A stretch of 64,000 bases of DNA, from the NCBI GenBank assembly GCA_964057225.1, contig OZ059895.1, positions 13,702,001 through 13,766,000 on the forward strand, in the 5' to 3' direction. Under the pieces are notes generated by a model, which worked only from the letters and a program-made list of their open reading frames with translations, was not told the origin of the DNA and searched no databases. A program made the position numbers and the translations under genes. The stretch is from Auanema rhodensis (taxonomy: Eukaryota; Animalia; Nematoda). Position 1 is the first letter of the stretch; every line of letters begins with the position of its first letter. Shown here piece by piece: positions 22,807 to 37,296 of the stretch.

Positions 22807-25800
22807 ATGCATCTTAGTCCTTTCCAACTACCGACACGTGCTTTGTGTCATCCTCTATGTTATCTTCTACTTCAACTTCCAGTAATTTGTAATGGTTTGT
22901 TACTTAAAAAATTAATTAAAAAAATTAAAATTCCTATAAAACGTTGAAAATTGTAAACTTAGAAACATTCCAATATATCTGAGAGTAGACGCAGCTTAGT
23001 ATTATCTTTCCCTGTTATACATTTTTTGCCCCATTTCTTTATTTTTTCACATATCTTACTATTTTACTAGGGTTTTCTTGTTGATGAATAGTAGCAGCTT
23101 GTTCTGCATTTCAAATCAACAGAGGCCGATGACTTCTGAATGAATGACGTGCTTTGTGTGGCTTTTGACCAATACCAAATCCTCTCTTCTTTCTCAACTC
23201 CCTTGAGTGTGTAAATAGGCCTTTTTTGGTTCATAATTCTCTAAGCTATCCCAATCAGTAGAATGCGATAGCCCATTAATTCATGCAGTAAATTCAAAAT
23301 AGCCAATAGAAACTTGTCTAACAAAATAAAAGTAAATAAGCCGAACGATACATGAACTTAAAAAACATATTGTTACATATACATATACTGAGCGAGTAAG
23401 GTTACTATTGAACAATCGAAAATAAAAGTATAAGTAAGTATACTTTTCAATATACATATCTAGTAGTCATTAACACTTAATTAAACTTGAAAACAAATGC
23501 TAGTTTATGAAATATATTATGTTAATTATACTTTATATATCTTTATTGGATGTTTTTAAATATTTTTCTTATTTTTAAAAACGTTTCACAAAACTAAAGT
23601 TTTATTTTATAAATGAAAATATAAATATGGATTTCAATCGATAATTCTAATTTAAGCTTGTCCATGTAATTGCATAAATAACATGATTAAATAGACATAT
23701 TTGTTTGAATAATGAAAAAATAATAGTCAGTAATTATTTGGAAATATTTTGAATCTTTAATACGGCAACGGATATTAAATATATTTGTTAGAATAAAATA
23801 AAAGTTTCCATATGAAATAATAAATGTGTTTATATAAATTGAAAGACTATCTAGAGATTAAAGCATCTAAATGACATCAGAATACTTTTATAGTGTTAAT
23901 TATTAATTATTAAGCTCTTCATTTCGCTATAAATCCTCCTGGGCATTCTGCATTTTTTTTGCATTCTGAATCTTTTGGTGGAGGAAACTTTTCACATCGT
24001 CAGATATACTTACAGGTATGATTATTAATAATTAAAAGACATTTTTTATTAAATATAGAATGATTGTCCTTCATCAACTGATCAACAAATCACTGTGTCT
24101 AGTGGAAATAGGGCAGAATCGGCTCAGTTATTCCCTGCTATAGTTCAAAACTTCTACTGTGCTGTTAATGTGAAATTAGTACAGGAAATCGTGAAATTGG
24201 CAAGCACAGAAAAGAAAATTTTGATAAAAGTAACATTTAGGATCGTCCATACGTTGATATACTAGCGGTAGCAGATCCATCTACTTTGAGTTTTTTTAAG
24301 CAAACCGTTTGTGTAGCAATTCAAATTACTAATCCGTCCTCAGAAGTTGGTTAGATAAACTTTTTAGAAGATAAAACATCTTCGTTTTCTTTTTTTAGTT
24401 TCTGCACAATGTCATTTATCTCCTTTCGAAGAAGGTCGTCAAGAATGTTTATCTCGTGTACAGATACCATATTCATGGTTTGGAACTATAGGAGGAATTT
24501 CAATGACAACATTACCTGCGATGAATGTATCAAGACAAGTTTGTTAAATAAAGTTTTAGCCTAAATCCAAAAAACTTTTTTTCAGACGTTGCAAATGTCT
24601 TACACCGTTTCTAGTTCGTGTAATGTTCCATTTTATGATCGACCTCAAAAAGCAATCAGTTTGATACCTTTTGTGGAAAATGCTCAATCTCACACCCTAG
24701 CCAAAAATTCTCAAACGTATTAAAATTTTAAATTATTCTTATTTTAGTTATTAATGTTTTAGAGATCTATCCTTATTATCCAGGGCAAATATAACTTTAA
24801 ATTTACGGTCTTTAAATTCATTTTTTGTTCATTTATCATACAACAACTCAACTAATCGCATTTTATCCTCGTTGGAAGTTAGGTAAGCGAATCAATCAGC
24901 AATGCCTTTTATAATACACCTCAAAAATATATTTTAGACTTTTTCTTGACGCTAGAGTGGACTTGGTCTCAGTTTCAGCACTTTCTAGAAATGCCTGGAC
25001 AATTCGTGCTTCTTCAGCACCTCGTCCAGATGTATATACTTCTATTGTTTGTATGCCAAGAATGAATATCACTAAGTAATTCATGATACATCTAAAAACA
25101 TTCTAAGTATGATTTCAGATGGGATGGATATCTCTTTTCATTATTAGTAAAATTGCGCGGAGCTATTGCGGAGAACAAGCGTTTGGAGCGTGGTGAAGAA
25201 GGAGCAGATGCCATATTGCATTGGGAAGTGAGAACTACGACGGTCGAAATTGAGGACAAAATTGTAAACAACTCTACTGAAGTTCGCAAATTCTCAAACA
25301 TTTTTAAAAACTTTTATTTCATTTATTTTCAGAAAACAGCGGTAGATCGGGTAGCTACTAAGTTCAGTGTTACTCCAGATGCAGTTTACGCCCTTGTTCC
25401 TATAGCAAAAGTATTTCATAGTACAACATATATCTAAATTCTACGTTTACTTCAGAATACTGATATTATTAATACGGGCATTTTATCCGGACGACAATCA
25501 ACAACTAGCATGCGTGTTTATACAGTGTCTGTGGGTGGATTAATCAATGATGTGACAACACAGTCACATTGTATATCTGCGGAGTCCAAGGTTTTGAAAA
25601 CAAGTCCAACATGTACAACTGTAAAGAAGAAATAATGATTCTCAAAAAAATAATTTTATCTTTAGGTTTATGTCGATGGTTCAGAAATGCGAGGTATATC
25701 TCATATTAGAATACATGTTCATTATGATCGTTGGATAACAAGTATTAGCTTCACAGTATGGTATCCACGTTTACCAATAATGGTTTGCTCTATGAATATG

Positions 25801-27737
25801 CTGTTTGTTAAATCAATGAGAAATTTAGCTCTGGGTTCGAGATAATAAATTGAATGCTATAGAGAGTTGGCCTGTAGCTAAATTACGAGAACTAAAAGAA
25901 AACAGCAAACAAAGACGAAGAGCTGCAAAACAATTTTCCTGTACTAATCGTTATCAACAAACTGAGGTTATTAGAAGCACATTTTTCTTTCGAACTATGT
26001 TAAACCTTCAGCTGGTTGTATTGGCGTCTTTTGTTGTAACTGATGAAAGAACAGGAGAACGAATATTCTTGAGTGGAAGCAGAGATACATCGTTTGATAT
26101 CACGCCTTTGGCAATAGAAAGGTAAGCAGTTTAATAAGTTCTGTCACTCATTTTGTTGCAGCATTCAAAGTCTGGACCGATCTGTTGCAACTATTCGACA
26201 AGTAGATCGAAGAATTTTAATTCAAGCAACGGGCCCTGGTTCAACAAAGTATCAAATAGTTATAAATTGATAAATAATGCAGATTATTGCAGAATTGTAC
26301 TCAAACGACAAGGAATTGAATATGGATCAGCATCTATAACTGTTACTGATGAAAAAGTAACTGTAGAACATTTGTCTGCGTTGCCAATCGTGCAAATGAA
26401 CATAAATATTCATCCGATGTTAGGAAAAAACAAAAATTACTACGTGCAAACAGATTTGGAAACTGCTTTCACGCATCGTTTCCAGGTATTATAAAAAAAA
26501 ATTTGAAATTTTTCTTTTTCCACTTAAGCATGGTTCTTTTCTTTATCAATTGCATTATTCTGATGACACAATGGAACCTTTGGACGATGTTGCATCCTCA
26601 GATTACACATTTGGAGCGATATCAATGGATGAGCGAATTGTAGGCATGAGCCACAAATCAGGCAGTTCCGTTGATTTAATTGGTATTCTTTTTTCTGTGC
26701 CGATTTTCAAGTTTAAACTGTTTAGCTCTTGATGATATTCGTGATCCCTCCATAGAGTTGGAACTTCGTGCTCCATTACATTGCACTGATGCTGATGCAG
26801 CTCCATTGGCAGCAACAGTAGTTCCTATTCAGGTTCATTTTGATGATATGGACTCTAGTCGTCTGTCCGTCGCGAGAGTTTTGACCGCTTTCAGTAATAT
26901 TGAATTAAAACAACTTTTGGTTTGAAGAAATCCTTTCAGATACTTCGTCTGGGGTGCCACCGACTGAAGAATCACCTTGGCGAATGGATACATCTCTAAT
27001 TATTGTCGTTTGCATTATTGCTTTTCTTACTTCTATACGTTACATTGGGAAAAGAGCCAAAAATTTCCGAGGGTTAGACATTTTTCTTTAATATAATTAT
27101 TCAGTTATTATCAGATATGAGAAATTAGTTGCTCCATTTTTTTCAAGACTATCTGCTTCTTCGAGTGCCGAGGGAAGGGATGAGGATACAAAAGAATGGG
27201 TGTGGTTAAGCAAAGCAAGAGTTGATAGCAATAGCTTGGGTATCGAGATATTGCATGGAAAACTCAGCTAACTTTCATTCAGGATCCAAATACTCTCAAA
27301 AATCAACTATTCATGTTTTGGAGCAATCATCTCCTTCATATGATGATAATACCCATACCAGTATTTCTTATCGTGGTTCTGAAATAAGTGTTTTCATTTC
27401 TCCAACTCCAGTAATTACGGTATTTCGTTTTGATATAATCAATTACTTATAATATGGTTTTGAGGTTCACGCTGACAGGCCATCCGGAGGGAGCTGGCGC
27501 TCAAATGGAGGCAGATCTAGAACTCGAGCTGCTCGTCATGCTTTAGTGGATTCTTCATCAGACCACAATTTGGCTAGAGTTGTTGCAAGAAGCGGTAAGA
27601 AATCATGTGAAAGCTGTGATTGAAATAAAATTAAAGGATCGTGGAGAGATGAGCCATATCCATGGCCCAATAATACTTGGAACTCAAAACGACGACCACC
27701 ATCGAATTATTATGGAATGAGAGAGAGCGTTGCATAG
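22807..27737 (+). CDS. tmem-132: TMEM132 family type I membrane protein
   Basis: Signal-peptide-like N-terminus, CLSRVQIPYSWF, IINTGILSG, VLKTSPTCTTVYVDGSEMRG, FTVWYPRLP, LNAIESWP, CTNRYQQTE, TM segment LIIVVCIIAFL, cytoplasmic KEWVWL and YRGSEISVFISP, C-terminal RESVA*. Confidence 0.88.
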
Positions 27738-28045
27738 CCAAAGCTAGCAACAATTGGATGGTCTCAAAATAGTGCATAGTACACTCAAATCTATGGTTTC
27801 CTCAATTTTTAATTTCTTTCGAGAATTTACGGGTTTTATATTATTTAATATAAAAAATTTGAAACTAAAAATAATAACCTGAAAAGTATGTATATCAGAA
27901 CAACAAATAAATAACGAAACATATAAAACTCGATATAAGATATAAAATACGAATAAAAAGTAATGGTGAACTATGATGACGTACAAGCGTTTTCCTCCCA
28001 ATTTTCGCAATATTCTCTATAAACATTATATGGTCAATATGTACA

Positions 28046-29986
28046 TCATACTATTGTCAACCTAGCGTTCTTCAAAATATCAATATCTCCTTGTTTTAAA
28101 CGTAATATGGCAGAACCATTCAGAGTTGTAATTTCTTTACTGTTGGAATAGCTTCTAAAATCTTGAGATTATTTAAGATAAATGCATAGCAACAAACCTT
28201 TCCAAAAGACTAAAACGTGTTTTTAAAAAGGCCACAGCTTTTCTCAGCAATTCGGGAGCATTCTTAATTGAATAGGAAATAAATATATTGTGGCATTGTA
28301 ACAAACCAAGTCTGATACATCTTCAGTAATGTAGATCAAAATGAATTCAAAAAGCGTTGAAGGTATTGGGGTTTCATTATGAAATAGATCAAAATTATAA
28401 ATATTTGATTCTAGCCTGAAGAAAACTAAATAAATTAAAAAACAAAGACTTAACAGACCAAGGTTTACATCCTAACTCGAACAACTTTTGTGTCTTTTCT
28501 CGGAAAAGACGATCTGACCGTGGTAGCGCTAACGAGTTCATCATAGTTATATTAGTTTAAACATTATCTTTATATATTTACCTATCTTCAATTTATATGC
28601 ATTGCTCACATTGTTCCCTTCGGGAACAAATCCGTTGTAAAGCAGATGATCAGCATTCGTTCTACGGCCATAGTCGATAGATATAACATCACCAATTTTA
28701 TAATCGCGTGAAGCTGATATCTTAAACATTTTATTATTGAGATATTATCATCTTGGTCTCACCTCCCCAGATTCAATGTCTGCTACATATGACACTACAC
28801 TAGATTCTATATATTCGTGGTTAGCCATATCCATAACAGGAATTAGCACCGGCACCTGTGAAAAAATCATTTATCTAAAGAATCAAGCACGATATAAACT
28901 AACAAAAATAGGATCTCCCTTATCAGTTTTCTGAGTTTGACTGGGAATCATGTTTATGCGAGTGGATATGATACATACACCCCAGCGATATAAGTCAAAC
29001 GTGAAGTTTTCCACAGTAAATGGACTATTATAAAAAGGTGGTGGAGGTTCATTAAGTTGTCTTTGCTAAAAATTAGCCGAGTAGGATAATAAATTCATCA
29101 GGATTTCATACCTTTCTCACCGACGCGTAGAGGTCATTTTTGCTAAATTGCAAGTAGAAATAACAAAATTGTCTTGCAATTGTGCGATAGAAATTTAAAG
29201 ATTCTTCAAAAGCAGGAGATGGTTTCAGAGCCTTAAAAACATATTGAAAAGAAGATATTGTAATAATTTACCAATAGCTCTTCCTCTGTGTAATATAACG
29301 GTGTTGTGAATGTAGTGGGCAGCATATCCAGGTAGGCGATCCATTTAGAATCACTACGCAATCTATGACCACAGAGAAAGAGAGCCAAAGCTACATTATC
29401 CATGGATTTTAATATGGGATCAACTTCAACTGCTTTCCTAAACAGTAATATAAAAGCTATATCATTACGTTACTCTATTCACTTTAGCATAGACGATTTT
29501 TTCACTAAGTCATAAGATATCATAGCATGATGCGGAACAGATACAATTGCTTCGCTCTTCTTAATTGGTCTGAAAGTAACAGGATTTATATCAAGGAAAG
29601 TACTCACATCATTACCTTTTTGCTTTCAATTGAAAATCTCGAGCAGTCCATTTTGTGATTTCTACATTTTCATATTTTATACCAATTTGAACAGCCCATT
29701 TATTGAAATAGTCCAAAGAACTTAGAGAACTAAACAAAAACTTTCAACAAAGTTCATAATGAACAAAATCAAAAACGCACCGTTTATCAGTCAAGAGCGC
29801 AGCAGTATCACCTAGTTTTGATTGGAGAACACTAACTTCAGCAAGTGTTTTACGAATAATTAAATGCTCCTTCCATAAATCTTCAGGTTTTTGGGATCCT
29901 GGGTAGTTCAAGTACTTTTCAAATAGACCAGAAACAGCTTGAAAACTAGCTAATCTAGCCTTTTCTGCACTTGATTTGTTACTCAT
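28046..29986 (-). CDS. set-27: SET-domain actin-histidine methyltransferase SETD3-like, with Rubisco LSMT substrate-binding region
   Basis: MSNKSSAEK...LWKEHLIIRKTL; MDNVALALFL...WIAYLDMLPTTFTTPLYY; FTVENFTFDLYRW...ISTRINMIP; LIPVMDMANHEY; ISIDYGRRTNADHLLYNGFVP; C-terminal LRLKQGDIDILKNA. Confidence 0.9.
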
Positions 29987-29989
29987 TCA

Positions 29990-30581
29990 GATCTGAAAAC
30001 ATTTTACAATAAGCTTTTTGTACGAAATATGCTAAAATAAAAATACTTTAAAAAAATTATACATAATTGATAAGATATCTTATACAACCTCGCAAAGCAC
30101 ATAAAGTGGCACAATCTTGAAGATTAGACAAGAGAAGCCGCTGTTGCTGTTAATGTTGCAGTGTGAAAGCAATCGTGCCTCACCATGTGGGTGTTTGGCT
30201 AATATCTCTGACTCTGTTTTCAAGTTTAATTTCTCCTCTTCAGTGCTATTCGTTTTTCTCTCCTTCTGTTCATCTCTTTATGCACGATTATTGATCAGTT
30301 GGATTGCTGAAGAGGCGGAGTCGATACGGAACTGACCAGTGTGACGTCAGACGATGCGTTGCAGCATAGAATACGCAGGCAACTATTTCATTGCCGACGG
30401 TGTTTAGAGTTAGCCGCTAAATTTTTGTTTTTTATTTAAAGCATTTTAAAACTTATTCGTTTTTAGTTGATTATTTCCTGAAACAAGGAAGAAGTTTCTA
30501 AACATTTTGTGCATTTTGTTTCATTCAGAAAATTGTATTAATTTTATAATGGCTCTAATCAATTTTTCAAATATAGAATTG
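29990..30581. promoter_or_regulatory. Putative bidirectional promoter between set-27 and the ubinuclein gene
   Basis: About 600 bp between divergent ATGs, with a GC-elevated core (30090-30420), a C/T tract and a perfect CRE palindrome TGACGTCA at 30342-30349. Confidence 0.55.
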
Positions 30582-33500
30582 ATGGCCCTGGATCTAGGGG
30601 GGAGTCGAAAAAAAAAAGATACCAAAAGCCAATACTCGATTATTGATATTGCCTTATTCAAACCGACCAAAAAGAAATATCCAGATATTGACTACGAAGA
30701 AGTTAAAAAAAAACATTTGGTAAAATACCATCTTTGCAAATACCAGTGCTTGATATTCTTTCAGCAAGAAGAAGATTCTAGTGGGGACGACACACGTTTT
30801 CATGATCGTGAAGCCTTGGAATTAGTTCGAAGGCTTGAGTCTAAATATGTATGATTTGACATTATGACTTATGAATACTTGCATTATCCTTCAGGGTAAC
30901 AAAAAGACCAAGAAAGGGAAACGTGTAAGAATAGGCACAGAGGATGACTTTATCGATAAAGGTGCTGGTTATGACCTTGATGATGGATTCATCGACGATT
31001 CAGAAGCGGTAACATTCGTGTATGTTCATAACAAGGTCTAATGTTTTAGTATGATGAGTTAATTCCATCTACTATGGACACCGCTAAAGGAGGATTTTAT
31101 GTAAATAAAGGAAAATTAGAATTCAAGAGTAATCATGATCTCGACGATCTTTCTGAATTATCAGAAGTTGAGGAAGAAGCTACAGAACAGAAAAAAGGAA
31201 AGGTATAGTTGAATTGTTAAATATTCAAGAACTGGCAATCTGGTTTATAGAAACGACCACACGAAGAGTGCGGGGAAGACGAAGAAGCTGAAGAAGAGAG
31301 TGACGATGGTAAAGCTAGTACTTCTTCTGATAAAGCTGTTGTTGATAAACCTCAACAACCTGCTAATAATAGTGTTGGAAGTATGCCGCAGAAGAAGTGC
31401 GCTAGTCGTATGACCGGTGCACCCCCTGCTAAGGTATTCAGAATTTAATTCCCAATAATTCGAAGGGCTTCCAGAAATTTCCTTCCTTGGCTGGTACGCC
31501 AACGCAAAGAGCCGCTAATAAAATTAAAAAGAAAATCGCTGTGCGAACTTCAATGGTGGGAAGAGCTCCTTCGTTAAATAAACCGAAATTGTTTAGTACT
31601 GTCAAGTAAGCTTTAGTCTCATTTTTAAAGTTTATACCCTATCGTTTTAGTGCCGTATATGCAGCCCGCTTGGCGAAGCAGCAAGCTACTTCACCTCCAA
31701 ATCACACCGCAAAATCTTTAACGACGGGTTCTCCGGCCAATGTTAGTTTTCAATTACTTATCGCAATATTTGGGTTGTTCAGAATCCAACTCTTATAAAG
31801 TCAGTCGAAAATGCCCCACCTAACACAATATCTTCTGTGGTTCAAGGAACTCCGACTACGGAAATATCACCTGTATATTAAAGCAGTCTACTATTTACTT
31901 GATTTTCTTTTGCTTTAGAGAAAGGGCTTGCCTGAATTTAGCCCAACACTAGCAAAATTGATGGCTAACTTCAAAAAACAAACTTCAGCTTTATCGCAGC
32001 CTGGCCAGAAAAAGAGATTACAGAATTCGCATGTTGATATGGTTATAGCGTAAATTTTGAAAGTTTAATTGTTTTAAAAGATATAATGATTAAGTATTGA
32101 TGACCAATGCACTAATGATGGAATTTCTGGACATGAAAAATCTCGCGTGCTCTGTTCTCTGGCAGGCTATTGTGGGATACAAAAGCAAAGCTTATATGCT
32201 CGAATTCAGAAAAGAAGAGATGTATGATACATTCAAATTTACATTTTTTAAAATTTTGATATAGGAGAAAAAACTTGAAAGTCAAGGTGTGACTGAAACT
32301 AGTACGCCTCAAGCTGAGAATGTTAATTCTGCTCCTAATTCTCAAAGTACTGCATCTGTTTCAAAAAAGGTTTTTTTTCCTTTCTTCAAAAATAAATGTT
32401 TTTCTATTAGCCTTCATCAAGCGCGTCATCAAGTGGAAAATTGGAATGGACCCCAGCACAATTACAGGTGATCAGAATATAATATTATTGCTTGCTTATA
32501 TTTGTATTTTTAGAATGGAAAAGTCATGCTAGCTTCATTAATCAAAATGGGGGTCAGCCCCGAAGAAATACAAAAGCTAACAAATTCAGTCGGCAGTATT
32601 GCTTCAGGGTCGTATGAAAGCTTTATCAAGGTTCATGAGCAAATGTTAGTTTATCATCATTCCTTTAATTACTATCTGTTCTATAGATTTAATGTGACCA
32701 AACAAAAAGAAGAAACGGCTGCTTTGGTTAATTCCTCTAGTGCTTCCAATCAAGTGAATGCTTTGAGTCAGGTATTTTCCTTTTTTTGTAACTCTTTACA
32801 ATTGTTTTTGTAGAAACAACTGAGCAAGTTTACGAATTTGACTACGAGCTCAACAAATTCTGCAGTTGCTGCAGCCGCAGCAGCTATAGTGGCCGCTGCT
32901 GCTTCCAATGGTTCGTCAACGAAAGCATCTACCTCAACTGTTTCTAAACCTAATAGCTCTAACAATATTTCTCTTCAAGAAGTGATATCGAAAAAGGTAG
33001 TTGAGCTAAATTAGACTTTTTATTCTTTGGAACGTTTTAGAAACGAACGCCAGATACACTGGAAAAAGGTAACACTGAAAGTCAAAGTGGCTTGATCTTG
33101 GACCTGCAAAATTCTATTAAAAATCTTTTATCTGGTAATTTGTTTCAAGTATACCCAAAAACAAAGATTATTTTTAAGCTATAAGTAATTCCTTGGAACA
33201 CTCTAAGATTCTCCATATGAATAAAAAGAAAGAGTAAGTATTGTTTATTGAACAGTCTGATGATTATTGTTTTAGATTTCAAAGTTTGGGAAAACCTGAG
33301 CCAAAGTACATTTTTCATTTTACGGAAGCTTTACAGTTAGTGTTATCTACATTTCAACACTGATTTTTCTTATAGCGTTAACTTACGAAAAACTCTGGAA
33401 AAATCATTCGTTTATATATCTTCAACTACAAGTAATGTCGCAACTCAGTACGAGACACTTTTTCAATTCATAAAATCTAGTGTATGGCCTACCATGCTCA

Positions 33501-36500
33501 ATCGCATCGGGATCGGGTATAATTCTTCTTTTTTTTTGTACACCTGTTTTTTTCTTAGAAAACTTTGTGTCGAATATGTTCGGCGAAATCCTGAACGATG
33601 CTTGCTCCTCACTTCTCCCTCTTGCAGATCATCACTCGAAAAAGAGCATATTGATCTCAAAAAGTATTAAATTTTAATTAGACAAGATAAAAAGATTGTT
33701 TCAGAGTTTATTTATCTGAAAAGCCTTCTCCAGTAAAAGCTACTTCTTTCACAACTGATGCTACATCTTCTAATTTCAAATCAAGCTTGGATGATGATGA
33801 TATACAGGTATTAACAGTTAAATATGTTGGGTAATGGAAATTAAAGGAACTGTATATAGGTTAACTGTTTAATATATATTTTTGTTGTACCATCTGTTGT
33901 ATATTAGTTATTTTTTGAGTTATCGATGATCTCCGTATAGGCTCACTTAAAGTTACCCTAGTAAAATAATTGTTCGAGAATCCTTTGCCATGTAACAACA
34001 ATTAATAGGTTAAGACCATTTCAATGAATTATTGCATACTTTTGATAGTTCAGATTACATAACCTTTTTTTGGTTTTATCATTTTTTTGGTGGTGTTTCT
34101 CTAGTGGTGAAAATTGTTAGCCCAAATATTTTTTTGCAGTTCCTCGGGGAACATGGATGTTTACCGTCTACTTCTCAAGTCAAGCCAATATCTGATGGAT
34201 CTAGTACAAAACCAATTACTTCAGGTTAGGTGTTAAGATTTTAAAATTAGAAGGTATTCTCTTGCAGGTTTAGTCAATGTACCATCATCAAATCAAGATA
34301 AAAATATAATGAAAAATACATCGATAAGCACATCTAAAGATCGATTACAAGACAACAAACGTGACGCTGAAGCATTAACTAAAGTATTGTTCTTTTATAT
34401 TTCTACTTTGAGTAATTTCTATTTCAGTTAGCACAGGCTAGCTGGGATAATAAAAAAGGGTTTGATCCCTCAAAGGCAGCTCTGTTATATGTATTCCACA
34501 GGTTATAATAATTTGGTTGAAGTTCTTATTTTCAGCAATTTCTACAGAATGCTTCTAAACTAAATGCTCAAGCGCAAACTCAAACTCAAAAGCTACCTAA
34601 TATTCAGGAATTAAAACAAAAAGCTCAGGATGAGAAAGATAAAAAGAAAAAGGAGAAAGAAGAACAACGTCAAAAACAGGTATTCAATTAGAAGTGATGT
34701 CGTAATGAATTGTCATTTCAGATTTTGGCTAAGCAGGCCGAACAGGCGGAGAAGGATCGAATAAAGAAAGAAAAGCAGGAAGAAAAAGCACGAAAAGCTG
34801 AGGTTGAGACAAATGGATTCCTCGTAATAATTTTTGCTTCAGGAGGAACGTAAACGACAATTAGAAGAGCAGGCGGAAAAGGAGAGGCTACGTAAAAAGG
34901 TAAATTTTTAACGTTTCATTAACTAACAATCGAAATCTACAATAGGAAGAAGAAAGGAAGAAGCAAGAAGAAGAAGAGAGGTTGAAAAAAGAAGAGGAAG
35001 AAAAACGAATTCGAGAAGAGAAGGCTAAAAGAGAAGTAAGTGCATTTCTTCTTTAATCATTCTGAAACATATCTAAAGGAAGAAGAGCGAAAACGTATAC
35101 AAGAAGCTAAACGATTGGAACAGATTCGTGAGGTTGGTTTTTTATGTAATTTGTAAGAAATAATTTCTAAAGCCCGAATTTTAAAAAACATTAAAAGTAT
35201 AAAGCGCACTCCATGCATGTAATTGTTGTGAATATCTTACTAGGAGGAGGAAAAAGCTGCATCGTTGCTGCAAGAAGAAATATCAATGGATTTTAGTGGT
35301 GTAGAAGAGATTCCTGAAGATTTACAGTCTGAGATTGAGGTTTAGATAGCTATAAATGTTTTATTATAAATGCATGCTCCCCATTCAATCTCTGTGTTTG
35401 TCATAATTTTATGTTGTCTGTATGCTTAATGGGTGAATTTTTCTGATGAAAAATTCTTGCTTCCTTTTAATTACTTTTGGTTTGGAGGCTTATATTTATT
35501 TCTATTTTATTCCGTACTACTAACGAGATAAATTTTTAGAAGGAACGTCAAGCTGAAGAAGAACGGGTGCGCTTTCAAAAGGAGCAGGGAGCTGCTGCCA
35601 GAGCTGCCCAAGCAGCTGCTTTGAATATGGAAATGAAACCGGCCATACTCGAAGATCCTGAACAAATACTAGATTTTGATTGTGATGGTTGGAATTCCCC
35701 TGTTCTCCACTCTGGGATAATTGTTGTTTTCAGACTTCCTGGATGTAAAGCCTTCAGTATCAGTGAAACAGGAGGCAACTAATTATAATATTCCAAGTGT
35801 AACCGGTAACGGATCATCATCAAGTAAGTGTGCTAGGTTGTTTTATTTCTCTCATGCTTCCAAAAGGTGTCCCGTCAACCTGTATGAGCGATTCTCCATT
35901 TGCCTCACCTTCGCCTGTGTTTGCTAAGCCACATCAAAGTCCTCGTGTATCTTCAGTTAGTCAAAGTCCAAGTTATACAACTAATAATAATAGTTTTGCA
36001 TATCCGGTAATGTTCAAGAAATCTTCTGTTATTGAACCGTGTTTTACAGAGCAATATATCGAATATTCAAAGTAAACCTTCTACTCCTCATCACAGTCCT
36101 TATCAGGCACCGGTTGCTAACTCCCCTCTGAATAATATTCCCAGAAGCCCAACTACGCCTCGCGCACAGTCTTCGAATTTCAACATGTGGTAATGCGCTA
36201 ACTTATAATAAACTTAGTTATTCGTTACAGTCAGCAACAAGGACAATCTCCAATACAAGGCATGCAACCTAATTTTTCTATAAAAGAGGCTTCTAATTCG
36301 GGATATTCCGCTGTGAATCATGTAAATTCTAACCTACAGCCGCAACAATCGAATGCTGTTTTTCAACAACAATCTCAAAGTAGACCTGTGTCACAACCAT
36401 TTAGTCAAAATCCTATGTATCAACAACAAATCAATCGTTCAAAAGTAATAATATTTTTTGTTTTAAGTATACATTTATTTTAATTGATTTTCCAGCCACA

Positions 36501-37253
36501 TCAGTTTTTGAATGGAGCACATACCCAAGAAGATCAGAGAAGAATACATCCCCAACATAATATCAATAAAATTCCAGTTTCTGGTCTGCAGCATACTACT
36601 TCAAATTTACAGACGACTCATCAAAAACCAGTGAATAACTTGAATCAAACGAACACTTCTAATCAGATGAATACTCATTTGAATCACCCTAATCTCATTA
36701 ATCAACAAAATACTTCAATTCGACAAACCCAGCTTAATTCTATGAACCTTCCACCAGCCCAAACACAGATGAACCAGCAGAATGGCTCACAGGTAACATT
36801 GCTGGTAAAATCCCTTACTATCAATCTAATTGCAGCATCAAAGCCATGTACATCAACACCAGGTGCACCATCAAAGTCAAATGGCACATCAAAATCACCA
36901 ACTGAGCAACGTTCAACAGTCTCACCAAGTTCATATGAATTCAAATCCAGTCCTCCAACAACATCATAGTCAAGTGCAGTCACATCAGCAGCATCATGGT
37001 CAAATTCAACAGCAACAGCATCATGGTCAAATTCAACAGCAGCAGCATCATGGGCAAATTCAACAGCAACAGCATCATGGTCAAATTCAACAGCAGCAAC
37101 AACAACATCATGGTCCAATTCAACAGCAACAACAACATCATGGTCAAATTCAACAACCACATCATAACCAAATGCAGCTCAGTCATATTCAACAACAACA
37201 TCATTCGCAACACCAGGTTCCAATGCAAATGCAGCAGCAACCACAACAGCGTC

Positions 37254-37296
<43 letters not shown>

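Noticed and set aside
30117-30335. 72-aa ORF and its nearly open antisense frame between set-27 and the ubinuclein gene
   Set aside because: No ATG or splice support and no homology recognised. Better explained as a bidirectional promoter.
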